Shown here: piece after piece, positions 33,889 to 46,200 of the stretch
Layout of the letters: every line of letters begins with the position of its first letter
How positions within the stretch are numbered: position 1 is the first letter of the stretch
From: Phaeosaccion multiseriatum
Taxonomy: Eukaryota; Protista; Ochrophyta, other classes
Length of the DNA stretch: 64,000 nt
Direction of reading: 5' to 3'
Assembly: GCA_965112735.1 (NCBI GenBank)
Contig: OZ218956.1
Location: forward strand, 2,046,001 to 2,110,000
Program-made: the position numbers and the translations under genes
The notes under the pieces: model-generated
What the model saw: only the letters and a program-made list of their open reading frames with translations
The model's database searches: none
What the model was told of the DNA's origin: nothing

Positions 33889-34781
33889 TCCTTTAGTGCA
33901 AGAAGGCTGGGGTTGGGGGGGTGACGGAGAGAGGGAGGGTGGGGGAGGGGGAGGAGGGCGAAGGAGGTGAGATGTGTTTGCAGCATGGGTGAGAGAACGA
34001 AAGGGCATGAGGTAAAGGCAAGGCGCACAAGGTGAGAGGGAAGGAGGGGAGGCGAGGTAGCAATGGATGCAGTAAAGGAAAGGAGGGTCCTCTCTTTGGA
34101 AAAAAAGAAGAAAGAAAAAAAAAAAAAATAGTAAAGAAAACGCCCCCCTAGGAGCCTCAGCCAAAGCCCACACTTGACGGCCATGATAGTGACGGCACTA
34201 GCCCAAGGGGAGGGGGGGGGGCACAATAGCGAGGCCCATCGGGGAGCATGTTCGCATGTCCCCCGCCATGATGGTGACAACTCCGCAAACAAAAAATATG
34301 TGTGAATTGAAAGGTGCAGCAGGCAGCGCGAGCAAGCGATGGGTGTAGGAGGAAGCTGGGGAAATCGGCAGAGGACGATAGTAGCGCTAATCCCGTGTGT
34401 GGAGCAATTACACCCCACCAGGAAAGCATCTGCCCTGCTTGCTCAGGTGGCGAGCTACTTTTCTCTACCAGTCATCTCCACGCGCCCCACGGGAAAGCCA
34501 AAAGTGGCGCCCGCGATCCTCTCCACCTCTCATAGAGGTATGATAGCCGCAAAGAGATGAATCGGCACCTCCCCCAGTGCTCTCCGCGTTCAAGTAGTCT
34601 CTCTGTATCTGAAAACACACTTTCAACTCACCCCCTCTTCACACCCTCGGGTCCTTCTTCTCCCCTCTTTTCCTGAATTCTCTAGCATGCTACGCACCTG
34701 CGGGTCGATTTCGTCCCCTACTGCTCTTCCCAGCAGAATATTCCTCCCGAGAAATCACTGTCCCTTCTATTTCACTTCTCC

Positions 34782-34825
<44 letters not shown>

Positions 34826-35430
34826 TCTGCTCCACCTCAAGGAGGCGAGCCAAAGCAGGAGAAGCTGTGGCTCTTCACCACCTATTCGCTGCTTCCGACT
34901 TACGTAGCACCAGAAGCTACAGCTCTACCAAGCCTTCTCCTCCCCTCTTCTCCATTTCATTATCTACTTGTGCTTTTTATGGTGTTGGTACCATGCTCCG
35001 ACGAGCTGAAATCAAATTCTTTCGCGAGCTAAAACTGAAACCGGACACTGCCCTTGCATCGTCTCCCTTCTCCCCTTCCTCACCCCTCAGTTATAAAGAG
35101 AAAGTCTACTCACACCTGCCCTGCTTGCTAAGGACTCATAGAAGTGGTGTAGCTGCTCGTAGTTACGCAACAGCAGCTCTATGGGGAACACACCGGTTGG
35201 CGAAGAGCAGCAACGACGTTAGGGAGGCACCCCTTTTCATCCGATCCCTGTCCTCCTTGTGAGCTGCTTTCCCCATAGGCGCCAGCCATAGAAGCCATGT
35301 GCTTTTGAACGACGGAGGAGGCGGTGTGCTCGTGTCGAAATTATTGGCCCCTCTTGAGTGGGGCCTTCCCTGCCCTCTTCGAGGGTGGCCTTTTTTGTGT
35401 TTGGAAATACTTGAGTCTTCAGCAAGAACC

Positions 35431-35843
35431 ATGAGCTTTCGGGCAGGTGTCAGGGGTGGTGGCGCCACGCTGGACGACATGATGATCCCCGATGACCTGC
35501 CTTGCAATGACGACGAAGCCTTGGACGCCCTCATGCTCGGAGGCGGGGGAGACTTTGTCTTTGACGAGGCTGAGGGGGGCTTGTTCGGCCTTGGTGGCGG
35601 CGGGCCGCAGCCCCAGGTCGCGCCGAACCTTGGCCAAGGGCTAGCAAGTGAGCCACCTTCTAGCGGGGGGCGGCAGCATCTCCAACAGCAGGATGGCTGG
35701 CTTAACAACGGGCTGGGGGGGCTCGGGGGGGCGTGGGCAGGAGCGGCGCCGCCCCTCCTCGCAAATACGGGATTGCTCTCTCCTGGGGGAACGGGCGGGT
35801 CCTTGTCTCGACTGGATGTGCAGAAGCAGCAGCAGTTGTTGAT

Positions 35844-35875
<32 letters not shown>

Positions 35876-38213
35876 TGCTTCCACCACACGCCGTGCAACT
35901 ACCGCCACCCTCTCCTCAGCCCTCGAAGGGGAAGGGGGGGAAGGGGAAGGGCAAAGGGAAGAGCAAAGGGAAGGGATCTAGGGGAGGAGCCGCCGCTGCC
36001 GGAGGAGTAGTAGGGGGTGGCCCTGGAAGTAGGGTGAAGGCTACCAAGGCCCGGCCACAGCCCAACAAGCGAAAGAGCGCTGGCGCGGGTGGCACCACGA
36101 CGACCACCACCGCACTAGCAGTAACACAGCAGGGGGCAGTAGCAGCAGCAGTAGCAGTAGCAGGAGGAGGAGAAGGAGGAGGAGGGCGAGGAGGCGGGGT
36201 CAGGTTGGGGGTGGATGTGAGCGTCAACATACCTCCCGTCACCCCGCCGCCCAACTTCATGCCCTTCTGCCCCACCCCTCATGGAGTCCGGCATCGGCAG
36301 AACTCCTTCCCTCTCATGAAGAAAATTTCAAAGTGCGTGGCGTTAGGGAGAGGAGGTGAAAGAAAACTGACTACCCACCGGACGGAGCTCACTGACATGC
36401 TGACTGATGGGGTTGCTGCTAACTCACACGCGTGGACTCAGTCGCTCACCCTATGACCGTCTGACTGAATCTGTGTATGTCTTGTATTCTTTGTCTTTCT
36501 GTTCCATTGAGGCATGCATGCGGTATTTTCTCTTTTTTTCTGCAGTTCCCGTCAAGGTGCCCCACTCACACTGCTGCTATCACCAACTGCTACTGTTTGC
36601 CTTTTGACTAACATGACAGAGGGCTGATGGTTCTTCCCGAAGGCCTGGACAGGAAGGAGGCGGCAGAGCTCTTACAGGAGGTGCAGGTGCGTTGAGTGCT
36701 AAGTTGAAAAGTCTACCCAACCAAGCACGATTCCCTCTCTAGCCCTTGCTCCTGCTAAAGAACCCCCTTGCTGAATGCCCCTACCCCCCCTACCCTTGTG
36801 CTCAATGCCATCCTTTGCCCCCTCCCTCCTCCCCCATGTCTCCCTTGCTCCGTCTCTCCCTTTCTCATGCGCCTCGCAATACACAACGCACACGAAACAG
36901 AGTGCCAAAGCTGTGCTCGCGAAGCAAACGGCGTTTGTGAGCAAACAACTTGCCCTCCTCGGCGATTGGCAAAGCCTCGCCCATCCAGGCTCCATCATCA
37001 ATGGAAGGAAGTCGTCTGTCGATAGCAATGGCACGGGGGGTCGGGGGGGCACCACGGCGAATGGCAGAAAGAGACCTCTCCCACAGGGTGAGTAAGTAAG
37101 GGACGCTTTAGGCTTTTCTTTCCTTCTTTGTGTCTTCTGCCGTTGCCCCTCCCCCCACCTCTCAATCCCCTCTCTCCCTCTCCCTCTTCGCTCGCTTCTC
37201 CCTCGTCTGCTCACCCTCACGACCCCCTTGTCCTGTTGGTCCTTTTTCTCTGCTTGCCCCCTTTACCGGCCCGCTCCTCCCCGCTCCTCTCCTCTCCTCT
37301 CCTCTCCTCCCGCGTGTGTGTTGACTCAGCCTCCAATGCACAGTACCGCGTGTGCATCAAATGCAAAGGACTCCCAACTCCCCGGGGGGGACGACCTGCG
37401 CCGCTTTGGGCTGCCATCCCCCTCGCAACGCCCTTGCGCTGCATGCAGGACCGAGCAACAATGAGCAGCAGCGGTAACAGCAGCAGTGGCAGTGGGGGTG
37501 TAAGTAGGCGGGGGTCAGGGGTGGGCAGAGCTCGGTCGGCCTCTTCCGTCTCGTTTGGAGACGACTGGGACGGTGGCGGTGCAGCAGTTGGTGATACAGC
37601 TGCTGCAGGAGGAGGGCTATACTACTCGGAGTCCGGAAAAGGCGAGGAGGGGGGAAGAGGAGGAGCTGCACTGACGGCTACGGGAAACAGCAAAGGTGAG
37701 ACGTCCACACGCGTTTACAGCAGCAGGACCACACGGGGAGGATAAGGATATGTTGGTCTTAAGAGGAGGAGGGTGGATGAATAAGTTTTATTCCTCACCG
37801 CACCTCCCCTTCTCTCTCTGTGTCAAACATGTTCTCCCCTTTCTCTACGCACGCACGCACGCACGCACACAATTTGTGCACCGATTTTGTTTGTTGTGTT
37901 CATGTTGGACGATAGCCGGGAGGAAGCGAGGAGGCGGAGGCAACAAAACGTCTCAGCCCCTCTCCCCGCGATGCTCCGCCAACGGTGGGGGATCCTTTCG
38001 CGCGGGAAGCAGCAGCAGCCGTAAGGCCAGTGTCGGCAGCAACGGCAGCACCAGCGGCAGTCATATGGGCAGCAGCAGCAGCAGCAGCAGCAGACCGCCC
38101 ACCAAGGCCGAGATGAAGGCCCGCGAAGAGGCGGAGGCGGTGGCGGCGGCGGTTTCGGTGGAGCTTCAGGCCATTGAAGACGCCAAACCCATGGACCAAG
38201 CGGGTACGCTTGT

Positions 38214-38265
<52 letters not shown>

Positions 38266-40491
38266 GTGAGAGGACGATTTGCGCTCCCAATAACCGAGGG
38301 GTAGGAGGGAGAGAAAGAGAGTAATGGCGTTGGTTGGCACTTCGTGTGTATCTGTGAACTTCTTCTTCACAGCAAAAGAGTATCTTCTTCGGAACTTCCA
38401 CCACCACCACCACCACCACCACCACCGCACTTCTTGTCCTCCTTCTCCTCCTCGTCCTCCCATCTTCCCCTTTCTCCCTCCATGTACTTCACTTCTGGCG
38501 CACCCACCCAACATAAACACACACCGCTTCTTCACGGCTGCTCACTCCCATCCCATCCCATTCCATCCCATCATCCATGCACACACTCACACACTCACAC
38601 ACACACACTCACACTCACACACGCACGCACACACACACACTCTCTCTCGCACACACGCACATACACACGTGCACACACAGAGGAAAAGGCCATGCACGAG
38701 GGAGTGCCTCTGACGCGCATTCTATGGGAGTGGCTTGACGCGTCAGACTATTTCAAGCCCATCACGCGCAAGGATGAACCTCCGGGATGGAGGCATCTCG
38801 GCTTCGAGGCAGAGGTCTTCTCGGCAACGGCTCTGGTGCAGCAGAGGAGCCATCTGAGGGAGAGGGGAGGAGGAGGAGGAGGAGGAAGAGGAGGAGGAGG
38901 AGGAGGAGGAGGAGGAGGAGGAGGAGGAGGAGGAGGAGGAGTTGGCGGGAATAGGGGCGCGGCGAAGAAGATGAAGGAGGAGGAGCAGGAGGGGGCACAG
39001 AGCGAGACAATGGGCTGTTCTACCGCACTCCAGGGAAGAAGGGTGGGCGTGGTGGAGCGGCTGCTGTCTGCGTTGGTAATGCCGGAGGTTCCAGAGGAGG
39101 AGGCTCCCGGACCTTCAGCAGCGAGAGGAGGGCTTTGTGCTTCTTCTCCTCCTACTACTACTACTACTGCTACCCCGTCTCCTTCCTCTTCTTCTTCAGT
39201 GTCGAGGACTCAGCCTCCGACCCCCCTTCCTTCAAGTAGGGAGACGGGTCCCAAGGCCATGGTGGACCAGCAGGAGCAGGCCTTGTCACAAGCGACACGA
39301 TATGACGGGGTGAGGAAGGAGGAGGTGGTCACGACAATGCCCAATGGGAATGGGATGCCACAGCAGCAACAGGGGCACATGGAGGGGGGGCATGAGATGG
39401 AGTGTGATGTTGACGACGACGATGCTCATGACAGCAGCAGACTCACAAGTGGCAGGAGCAGCAGCAGCAGCAGCAGGAGCAGTAGCAGCAGCAGGAGCAG
39501 TTGGTCATACAGCGGCATGCTGGACGTGACGTCCCTCACGCTGGAGCAGAGGGTAGCAACACAGCTCGTGAGTGCGGGGCTGCTTCCCCTCCAACAAGTG
39601 GGCGCGGATGGGGAGGTGACGCCCTCGGGAGGGGGGAGGAGGGCGTGCGCGGAGGACCGAGAACTTGATGCGGCGGTGAGTTGGGTCATTGGGTGGGTGG
39701 GTGGGTGGGTGGGTGGGTGGATGGATGGGTGGGTGGGTGGCTTGGTCTAGGTACATTTGTGGTTACATATATTCAAGAATGGAGGGGCGGTGGTTAGAGC
39801 GAGAAGTTGGAGAGGGATGCATGGATGGCAATTGATACTCGCCCAAAGTCAAAGACATGTAGAGAGAAAAGTGAGAGTGCTGCCCCTTGCTGCTCTTGAC
39901 CCTTTTTCGTGGACCTTTTTTCATTTGTTTTTCCTTATTTCGTGGACCTGCGTGCTTTGTGCCTCTGTTCTACACCTAAACCCCTCCCGTCTACTCTCCT
40001 TCCCTCCCCTCCCTTCTTTACAGCGCAAGGACCTGTCCGCTCAGCTTCGTCTGCTCAATCAGCGACGGGTGGACCTTAGGGAAAGCATTGCCCGGGAGCT
40101 CAGCAACGATGGAGAGGCGAGGAAGAAGCAGGTGAGAGGGAGGGACCCGACCCCCTGGGAACAGCCGCTGCTGGAAAGAGAGGCGACGAGAATGGAAGAA
40201 AGGGCCAAAACAAGAAGGAACACGACCAAGAACAAGAACAAGAGCGTACGAGACAAAGTGTTGCATGTAGAGCGATGTGAGAAGAGTCTGCTAACGTGAT
40301 CGATCATGTCTTCCCCCTCCCCCCCCCCCCTCCTCCTCCTCCTCGCCTTGCCTCTCTCCTCCTCCGCCTCTCCTCTTTAGGAGAAGGAGAAGGTGCAACG
40401 CAAGGAGTACGCCAAAGTGGTCAAGAAGCAGGAAAAGGCGCAGCAGAAACTTGCGCAGCAAGGGCCAAGACGGCCCGGCATGCCTTGGTAG
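35431..40491 (+). CDS. TADA3: Transcriptional adaptor ADA3/NGG1-like SAGA subunit, multi-exon
   Basis: ILWEWLDASDYFKPIT, VVERLLSALV, SLTLEQRVATQLVSAGLL and DRELDAARKDLSAQLRLLNQRR resemble the conserved ADA3 blocks; last exon 40381-40491 ends ...GMPW*. Confidence 0.7.
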
Positions 40492-40593
40492 ATACGATGG
40501 GTTGATGGCCGTGCATGTACACATAGATACGATGGGTGGATGGCAGTGCATGTACACATAGATACAATGGGTGGATGGCCGTGCATGTACATG
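40489..40593. repeat. 35-bp tandem repeat (3 copies) starting at the ADA3 stop codon
   Basis: TAGATACGATGGGTGGATGGCCGTGCATGTACACA units. Confidence 0.85.
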
Positions 40594-41291
40594 TACATGT
40601 ACAGGGACATGGAGAGAGACGAGAGAGAGAATGAGAGTACCCGGGCGTCAGGGTGGTCCAGTACCTATTTGACAGAAAGACTCTCGATACACAACGTGGA
40701 CGGCCTTAAACGGGGACTAAGGTGGATAGAACCCTGCGTGTCTGTCCTTAGCTGCCTGTCGGCCCCAGACTGGCCGAAGAGCCCAGGCCTACAATTCTAG
40801 AGGCCACATTCGACCGGCCGAGCTAGCTATAGGGGCCCACAGGGCCTCGGCCTAGAGCTTCTTCCGAAACCGACCCTGGTTCAGGGTCTCTAGCGACAGC
40901 GAGCGAAATAGGAAATAGGCCAACAGTATAATGTTCTTTTGTGTTTTAAGATTCGCCCACACTTAGGTATCCCAATTCTCCATGCCCCCCCCCCCCCCTC
41001 GGTCCCTCCCTCCCTCCCTCTCTATCGTGCCATCGTATTCGCCCTCCGAAGACTTAGTGCTAGATCTTGACTGATCCTTGACTTATGATCCTACAGTGAG
41101 GCTCTCATAGCACTTGGAAGACACACGCACGCATGCACGCGCACACTCACCCGCACACCACATACCCTACACTGCACCGCGGATCCCTGTTATATACACA
41201 CTCACACGCTCACAAGCTCGAACACGCACGCACACACACCTGTCCCCCCCCCCCCTAACTGAAACTCAAGAATCTTGACCTGCCCACATCT

Positions 41292-42988
41292 TCGGCTCCA
41301 GACTGGCCTAGAAGCCTATGCTCTAGGCCCTAGGCCGAGCGGCCTACGCCCGCTCTAGGCCTAGGCCGGCGGCCGTCGGCCGCTCTAGGCCGGCCATTTT
41401 TTCTCCCTAGGCCGGCGGTTCTAGGCCTAGGCCTCGACCTATCTGATTAGTAATTACGGCCGGCGCAGCCGGCCTGATTACTGATTCTGACCGGCGCCAG
41501 CCGGCCTGAGTACTGATTATGCGCCAGCCGGGGGCTGATTACTGATTACGGCCGGCGCACACCGTAATCTTGTCCAGGGTCGAAGGGAGGGAGGGAGGGA
41601 GGGAGGGAGGGAGGGAGGGAGGGAGGGAGGGAGGGAGGGAGGGAGGGAGGGAGGGAGGGAGGGAGGGAGGGAGGGAGGGAGGGAGGGCGGGAGGGAGGGA
41701 GGGAGGGAGGGAGGGAGGGAGGGAGGGAGGGAGGGAGGGAGGGAGGGAGGGAGGGAGGGAGGGAGGGAGGGAGGGAGGGAGGGAGGGAGGGAGGGAGGGA
41801 GGGAGGGAGGGAGGGAGGGAGGGAGGGAGGGAGGGAGGGAGGGAGGGAGGGAGGGAGGGAGGGAGGGAGGGAGGGAGGGAGGGAGGGAGGGAGGGAGGGA
41901 GGGAGGGAGGGAGGGAGGGAGGGAGGGAGGGAGGGAGGGAGGGAGGGAGGGAGGGAGGGAGGGAGGGAGGGAGGGAGGGAGGGAGGGAGGGAGGGAGGGA
42001 GGGAGGGAGGGAGGGAGGGAGGGAGGGAGGGAGGGAGGGAGGGAGGGAGGGAGGGAGGGAGGGAGGGAGGGAGGGAGGGAGGGAGGGAGGGAGGGAGGGA
42101 GGGAGGGAGGGAGGGAGGGAGGGAGGGAGGGAGGGAGGGAGGGAGGGAGGGAGGGAGGGAGGGAGGGAGGGAGGGAGGGAGGGAGGGAGGGAGGGAGGGA
42201 GGGAGGGAGGGAGGGAGGGAGGGAGGGAGGGAGGGAGGGAGGGAGGGAGGGAGGGAGGGAGGGAGGGAGGGAGGGAGGGAGGGAGGGAGGGAGGGAGGGA
42301 GGGAGGGAGGGAGGGAGGGAGGGAGGGAGGGAGGGAGGGAGGGAGGGAGGGAGGGAGGGAGGGAGGGAGGGAGGGAGGGAGGGAGGGAGGGAGGGAGGGA
42401 GGGAGGGAGGGAGGGAGGGAGGGAGGGAGGGAGGGAGGGAGGGAGGGAGGGAGGGAGGGAGGGAGGGAGGGAGGGAGGGAGGGAGGGAGGGAGGGAGGGA
42501 GGGAGGGAGGGAGGGAGGGAGGGAGGGAGGGAGGGAGGGAGGGAGGGAGGGAGGGAGGGAGGGAGGGAGGGAGGGAGGGAGGGAGGGAGGGAGGGAGGGA
42601 GGGAGGGAGGGAGGGAGGGAGGGAGGGAGGGAGGGAGGGAGGGAGGGAGGGAGGGAGGGAGGGAGGGAGGGAGGGAGGGAGGGAGGGAGGGAGGGAGGGA
42701 GCAGCCGGCCTGATTACTGATTATGACCGGCGCCAGCCGGTCTGGTTGCTTACAGCCGGTGACCAGCCGGCCTGATTACTGATTTTGCGCCGGCCGGGGG
42801 CTGATTACCGGTTACGGCCGGCGCACACCGTAATCTTGTCCAGGTCCTAGGCCGGGAGGGCTGCGCCCAAAATAGGCCTAGGCCGGGGACCTGCGGCCCC
42901 CTCTAGGCCTAGGCCGGGGGCCTGCGGCTCCCCTAGGCCGGCCGAATTTCGTCTCTAGGCCTAGGCTTCTAGGCCAGTCTGGAGCCGA
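41292..42988. mobile_element. Non-autonomous TIR DNA transposon with 7-bp TSD, enclosing direct repeats and a (GGGA)n tract
   Basis: 27-bp perfect TIR TCGGCTCCAGACTGGCCTAGAAGCCTA / TAGGCTTCTAGGCCAGTCTGGAGCCGA; CACATCT duplicated at 41285-41291 and 42989-42995; CTAGGCC subterminal repeats; related single end at about 40759 (TCGGCCCCAGACTGGCC). Confidence 0.88.
41585..42700. repeat. (GGGA)n tract, about 279 units
   Basis: Uninterrupted except for one GGGC at about 41688. Confidence 0.95.
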
Positions 42989-43276
42989 CACATCTGGACA
43001 CGAGGGCTTATGCGAGAGCTGTTTGCGTCATTCGGCGACGATTAGCCGTAGCGCTCCAGCGGGCCCGACACGAACGATCGGTTCGACACAGGATCCTGGC
43101 TGGTATCAACTTTGTTCCAATGGGGAGAACTGATGAGTCAGAGGGACACGACCTCGAGGGCTAAGTTCCCCGGGGTCGACCGGGGCGGTGAGACATTACT
43201 TTTAGACAACCATAGATGGCACTTAAGGGTGTAATTGACCTGCCCGCCGAACAAGCCATTTTGATACACACAAAAA

Positions 43277-46200
43277 ATGGGTCCGCGACGGCGCAGCCTT
43301 GGGGCAACAGCGACAGCAAGGACAGGAACGTTGCTGGTGTCCCTCTCTCTGCTTCCCTCCTCCTTCCTGGTGGGTGCGGCTCCTCTCTCGGAGTCGCTCA
43401 CCACCTCCACTCTGGCCTCGTACTCTCTGGCAGCACGAACGGCACTACAAGGGGTGGACACCACGCCCAGAGACCGCTACTATGCCGTGAAGCTGCTTCA
43501 GGACATGCAGGTCATGGATCACGGAGGGTATGGACTAGCCTGCTCCTTCTTAGAGCGAGGTGAGAGGTGGTTTAATTGGGGAAGGGGAGGTAACGATAAA
43601 GGAGGAGCTCAGAGTTGCTAATTGTATGGTGGTGGTGGGGTCGGTCATGGTGCGGTATATATCAGCTCGGATTTCTGGCGATTGGCGGTAATGGAGGCTT
43701 CCTTTCCGCACAGCACGAAGGCGATGATAGGGAGGGTCAAGAAGGGGGGGAGAGGAAGGAAGAAGGGGGGGTAGGGAGGGATGCGATGTGGCTTGGGAGT
43801 GGAGGAGGGGAGAGAGGTGCCTCCAATCTCTTTTTCCTTTTTTTTCATTTCTTTGTCATTGTCCTTCCTTGTCCAACCTTTTCAAACTCTCCCCTCCCTC
43901 TCTTTTCCCTCCTTTCCCTCCCTCCCTCCCTCCATCCATCCATCTATCCACTGCCATCCTTCTTCTGTCCCTCCCCTCGCCAGACATGCCCTCCACCTCG
44001 TCCCTGGCGGACGCGTATTTCTCCCTAGCAGCGGCGAAGGAGTTCAGCTGCGAGCCTCCCTTACAGCTGCCCCCTCAGGCCAAGGCGGCCATCACCTCCG
44101 CCCTCTCCAAGGCGGACAAGAAGAAGAAGACGAAGGGCAACAACACTAGCAGCAGCAGTGGGGCATTGGAGGCGCTGGCTCATGGAGGTGTAGCGGCGGT
44201 GTTGGGCGGTATGGCACAGGCGGATGACATAATTGAGCGCCTCGCAGGACTGGTGGAGAAAGACGGGTCCGTTCCTCTGCCGGCAGGGCAAGAGGGCACA
44301 GGGCTGCAGCTTGCGAGGTGGGTGTGTGTGAGAGAGAGAGGGGGGGGGGGGGGAGGGGTGGGAAGACGTGCAAGGAAGGGAGATCTGCCTGTAAAGTATG
44401 TACAGCAGCGGTGTCCCCTATCTCTCCCTCTCCTCGTGACTTCGAACAATCATGTCCGCAGGAGAGAGTGACTGCGTTTGGGACATGAGTGAGTCAGTCA
44501 GTCACTCAATAGTCAGTCAGTGAGCCAGTCACTCACTCACTCACTCACTCAATTAAAAATCCACAGGAGGTTAGGTTCTTATGGCTTACTTTTCGCCCAC
44601 CTCCCGTCTTTCTCTTCCCTCTCTCGACCTGTTTATTGCGGTTCTTGCCGGCAGTATGGCAGCAACAGCCCTGTTGCAGCTATCGGAGCAGGCCACGGAG
44701 AAGGGAAAGGGCGTCGCGAAGGAGGCAGGTTAGAAATGGCTCTGTCCGTTGCAAATCGCCAAGAGACTGATGAATCATTGCACAAAGTGAAAGGAAAGGA
44801 GGCAGAGCAGGAGGGGATTGGCAGGAGGGGATTGCGAGGAGCGGAGGGGAGCGAACAAGAAGCTATGGTGTACGGACGCACGCACGCACGCACGCGCCGC
44901 GAGGAAGGAAGCGATACGGATCATCTCACCTCCTTCCCTCCCCACCCTTCTCCTCCCCCCCCCCCTTCTCTCCCTACTCAGCCAAGCGGCTGGGTCAGAA
45001 CGTCTCCCTTGACGCCCTCCTCCTCGCCCCCGTCAACGCTCTTCTCGGAAGAGACGACCCTATCTCCCTCAAGGCCAAGGCACTCAAAGCGATAGCAGGA
45101 GCCCTCCTCGACTCCCGTGCCGCCCCATCCATACCTACTATGTTTGAGGTCTTTGACGGACTCAAGTATGTGGCCATGTATGAGCGGAGTCCCATGGCCA
45201 TCTCCCTCACGCCAACGGTGGTGGAGCTTTCGTCGTCGTCTGACGGAGGCGCTGTGGTGAGGAGAGGGGGGAGGGGAGGGGGGGAGGGAAGGGGGGGGAG
45301 AAGGAGGAGGGGGGGAAGAGAGGAGGGCGAGGAGCGAGAGAGGAAACGGAGGGAGAGGAGGGGGTGAGAGAGAACGAGGGGGAGAAGACAAGAGAGAGAA
45401 CCACACTCTCTCGCGATGGGACGATTTCCCCCCACCCACACAATTGACTCACGCAAGACTAGCAAACGCACACACGCTGGTGATGTGACGGTCTTGTTTT
45501 ACTCATTGTTGTGTTCCCTTTTTGTTGTCGTGTGTTTTGTTTCCTTCCGTTTTTGGTTTGTTTGCTTGCTTGCTTGCTTGGTTGCTTTTTTGTTTGTTTG
45601 TTTGTTTGCTTGCTTGTTTCCCCGAATGTGAATACATTCATTGTTGAAAAGGTGAGTATGTCCGTCTTGAATCTCTTCGGTAAGCATGTGGAGCTGTCCA
45701 GCCCTCCTACCCTAGTCGGCATGAGCCTGGCGATGGCATCGGCAGCAGCGGGCAAAGACAAGGACAAGGACAAGGACAAGGGCGTATTGGGGGAGGAGCA
45801 AAAGGGGGCGGTGCTGAGGAGAATCGGGGACGGGCTGTGGGAGCTGCCAGTACCCGAGGGGCTGGACCCAGGATCTTACTATGTGGAGGTATGTAAGAGT
45901 ATACGTAAGCGGATGTGTAAGGAAGAGGAAGGGTTTCAGTTTCTGTTTGGTAGACGCTGGGAAGAGACGGGAGGAAATGAATTCAGCGGACAGAGGGCAC
46001 CGAAGGAAGAAGAAGATACAACCCTGACAACCCCGATGCAACCCCGACATAACCGTGAACGTACCACCAACAGGTCGGCCTGAATCGAAAAGCAGTGGAC
46101 ACTGGAGACGGTAAGCCCCCCAAGGAGCAGCGTGCCAGGCTCCTTCTCACCCTCTCCACGTCGGGTGCCATCTCCGAGGCGACCGTGGCGGTTTCGCACA

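Noticed and set aside
36546-36556. Possible 11-nt microexon in the ADA3-like gene
   Set aside because: Direct splicing from 36332 to 36620 already keeps the frame; no support without transcripts
41570-42775. 401-aa (GGRE)n ORF
   Set aside because: Translation of the (GGGA)n microsatellite with a non-ATG start
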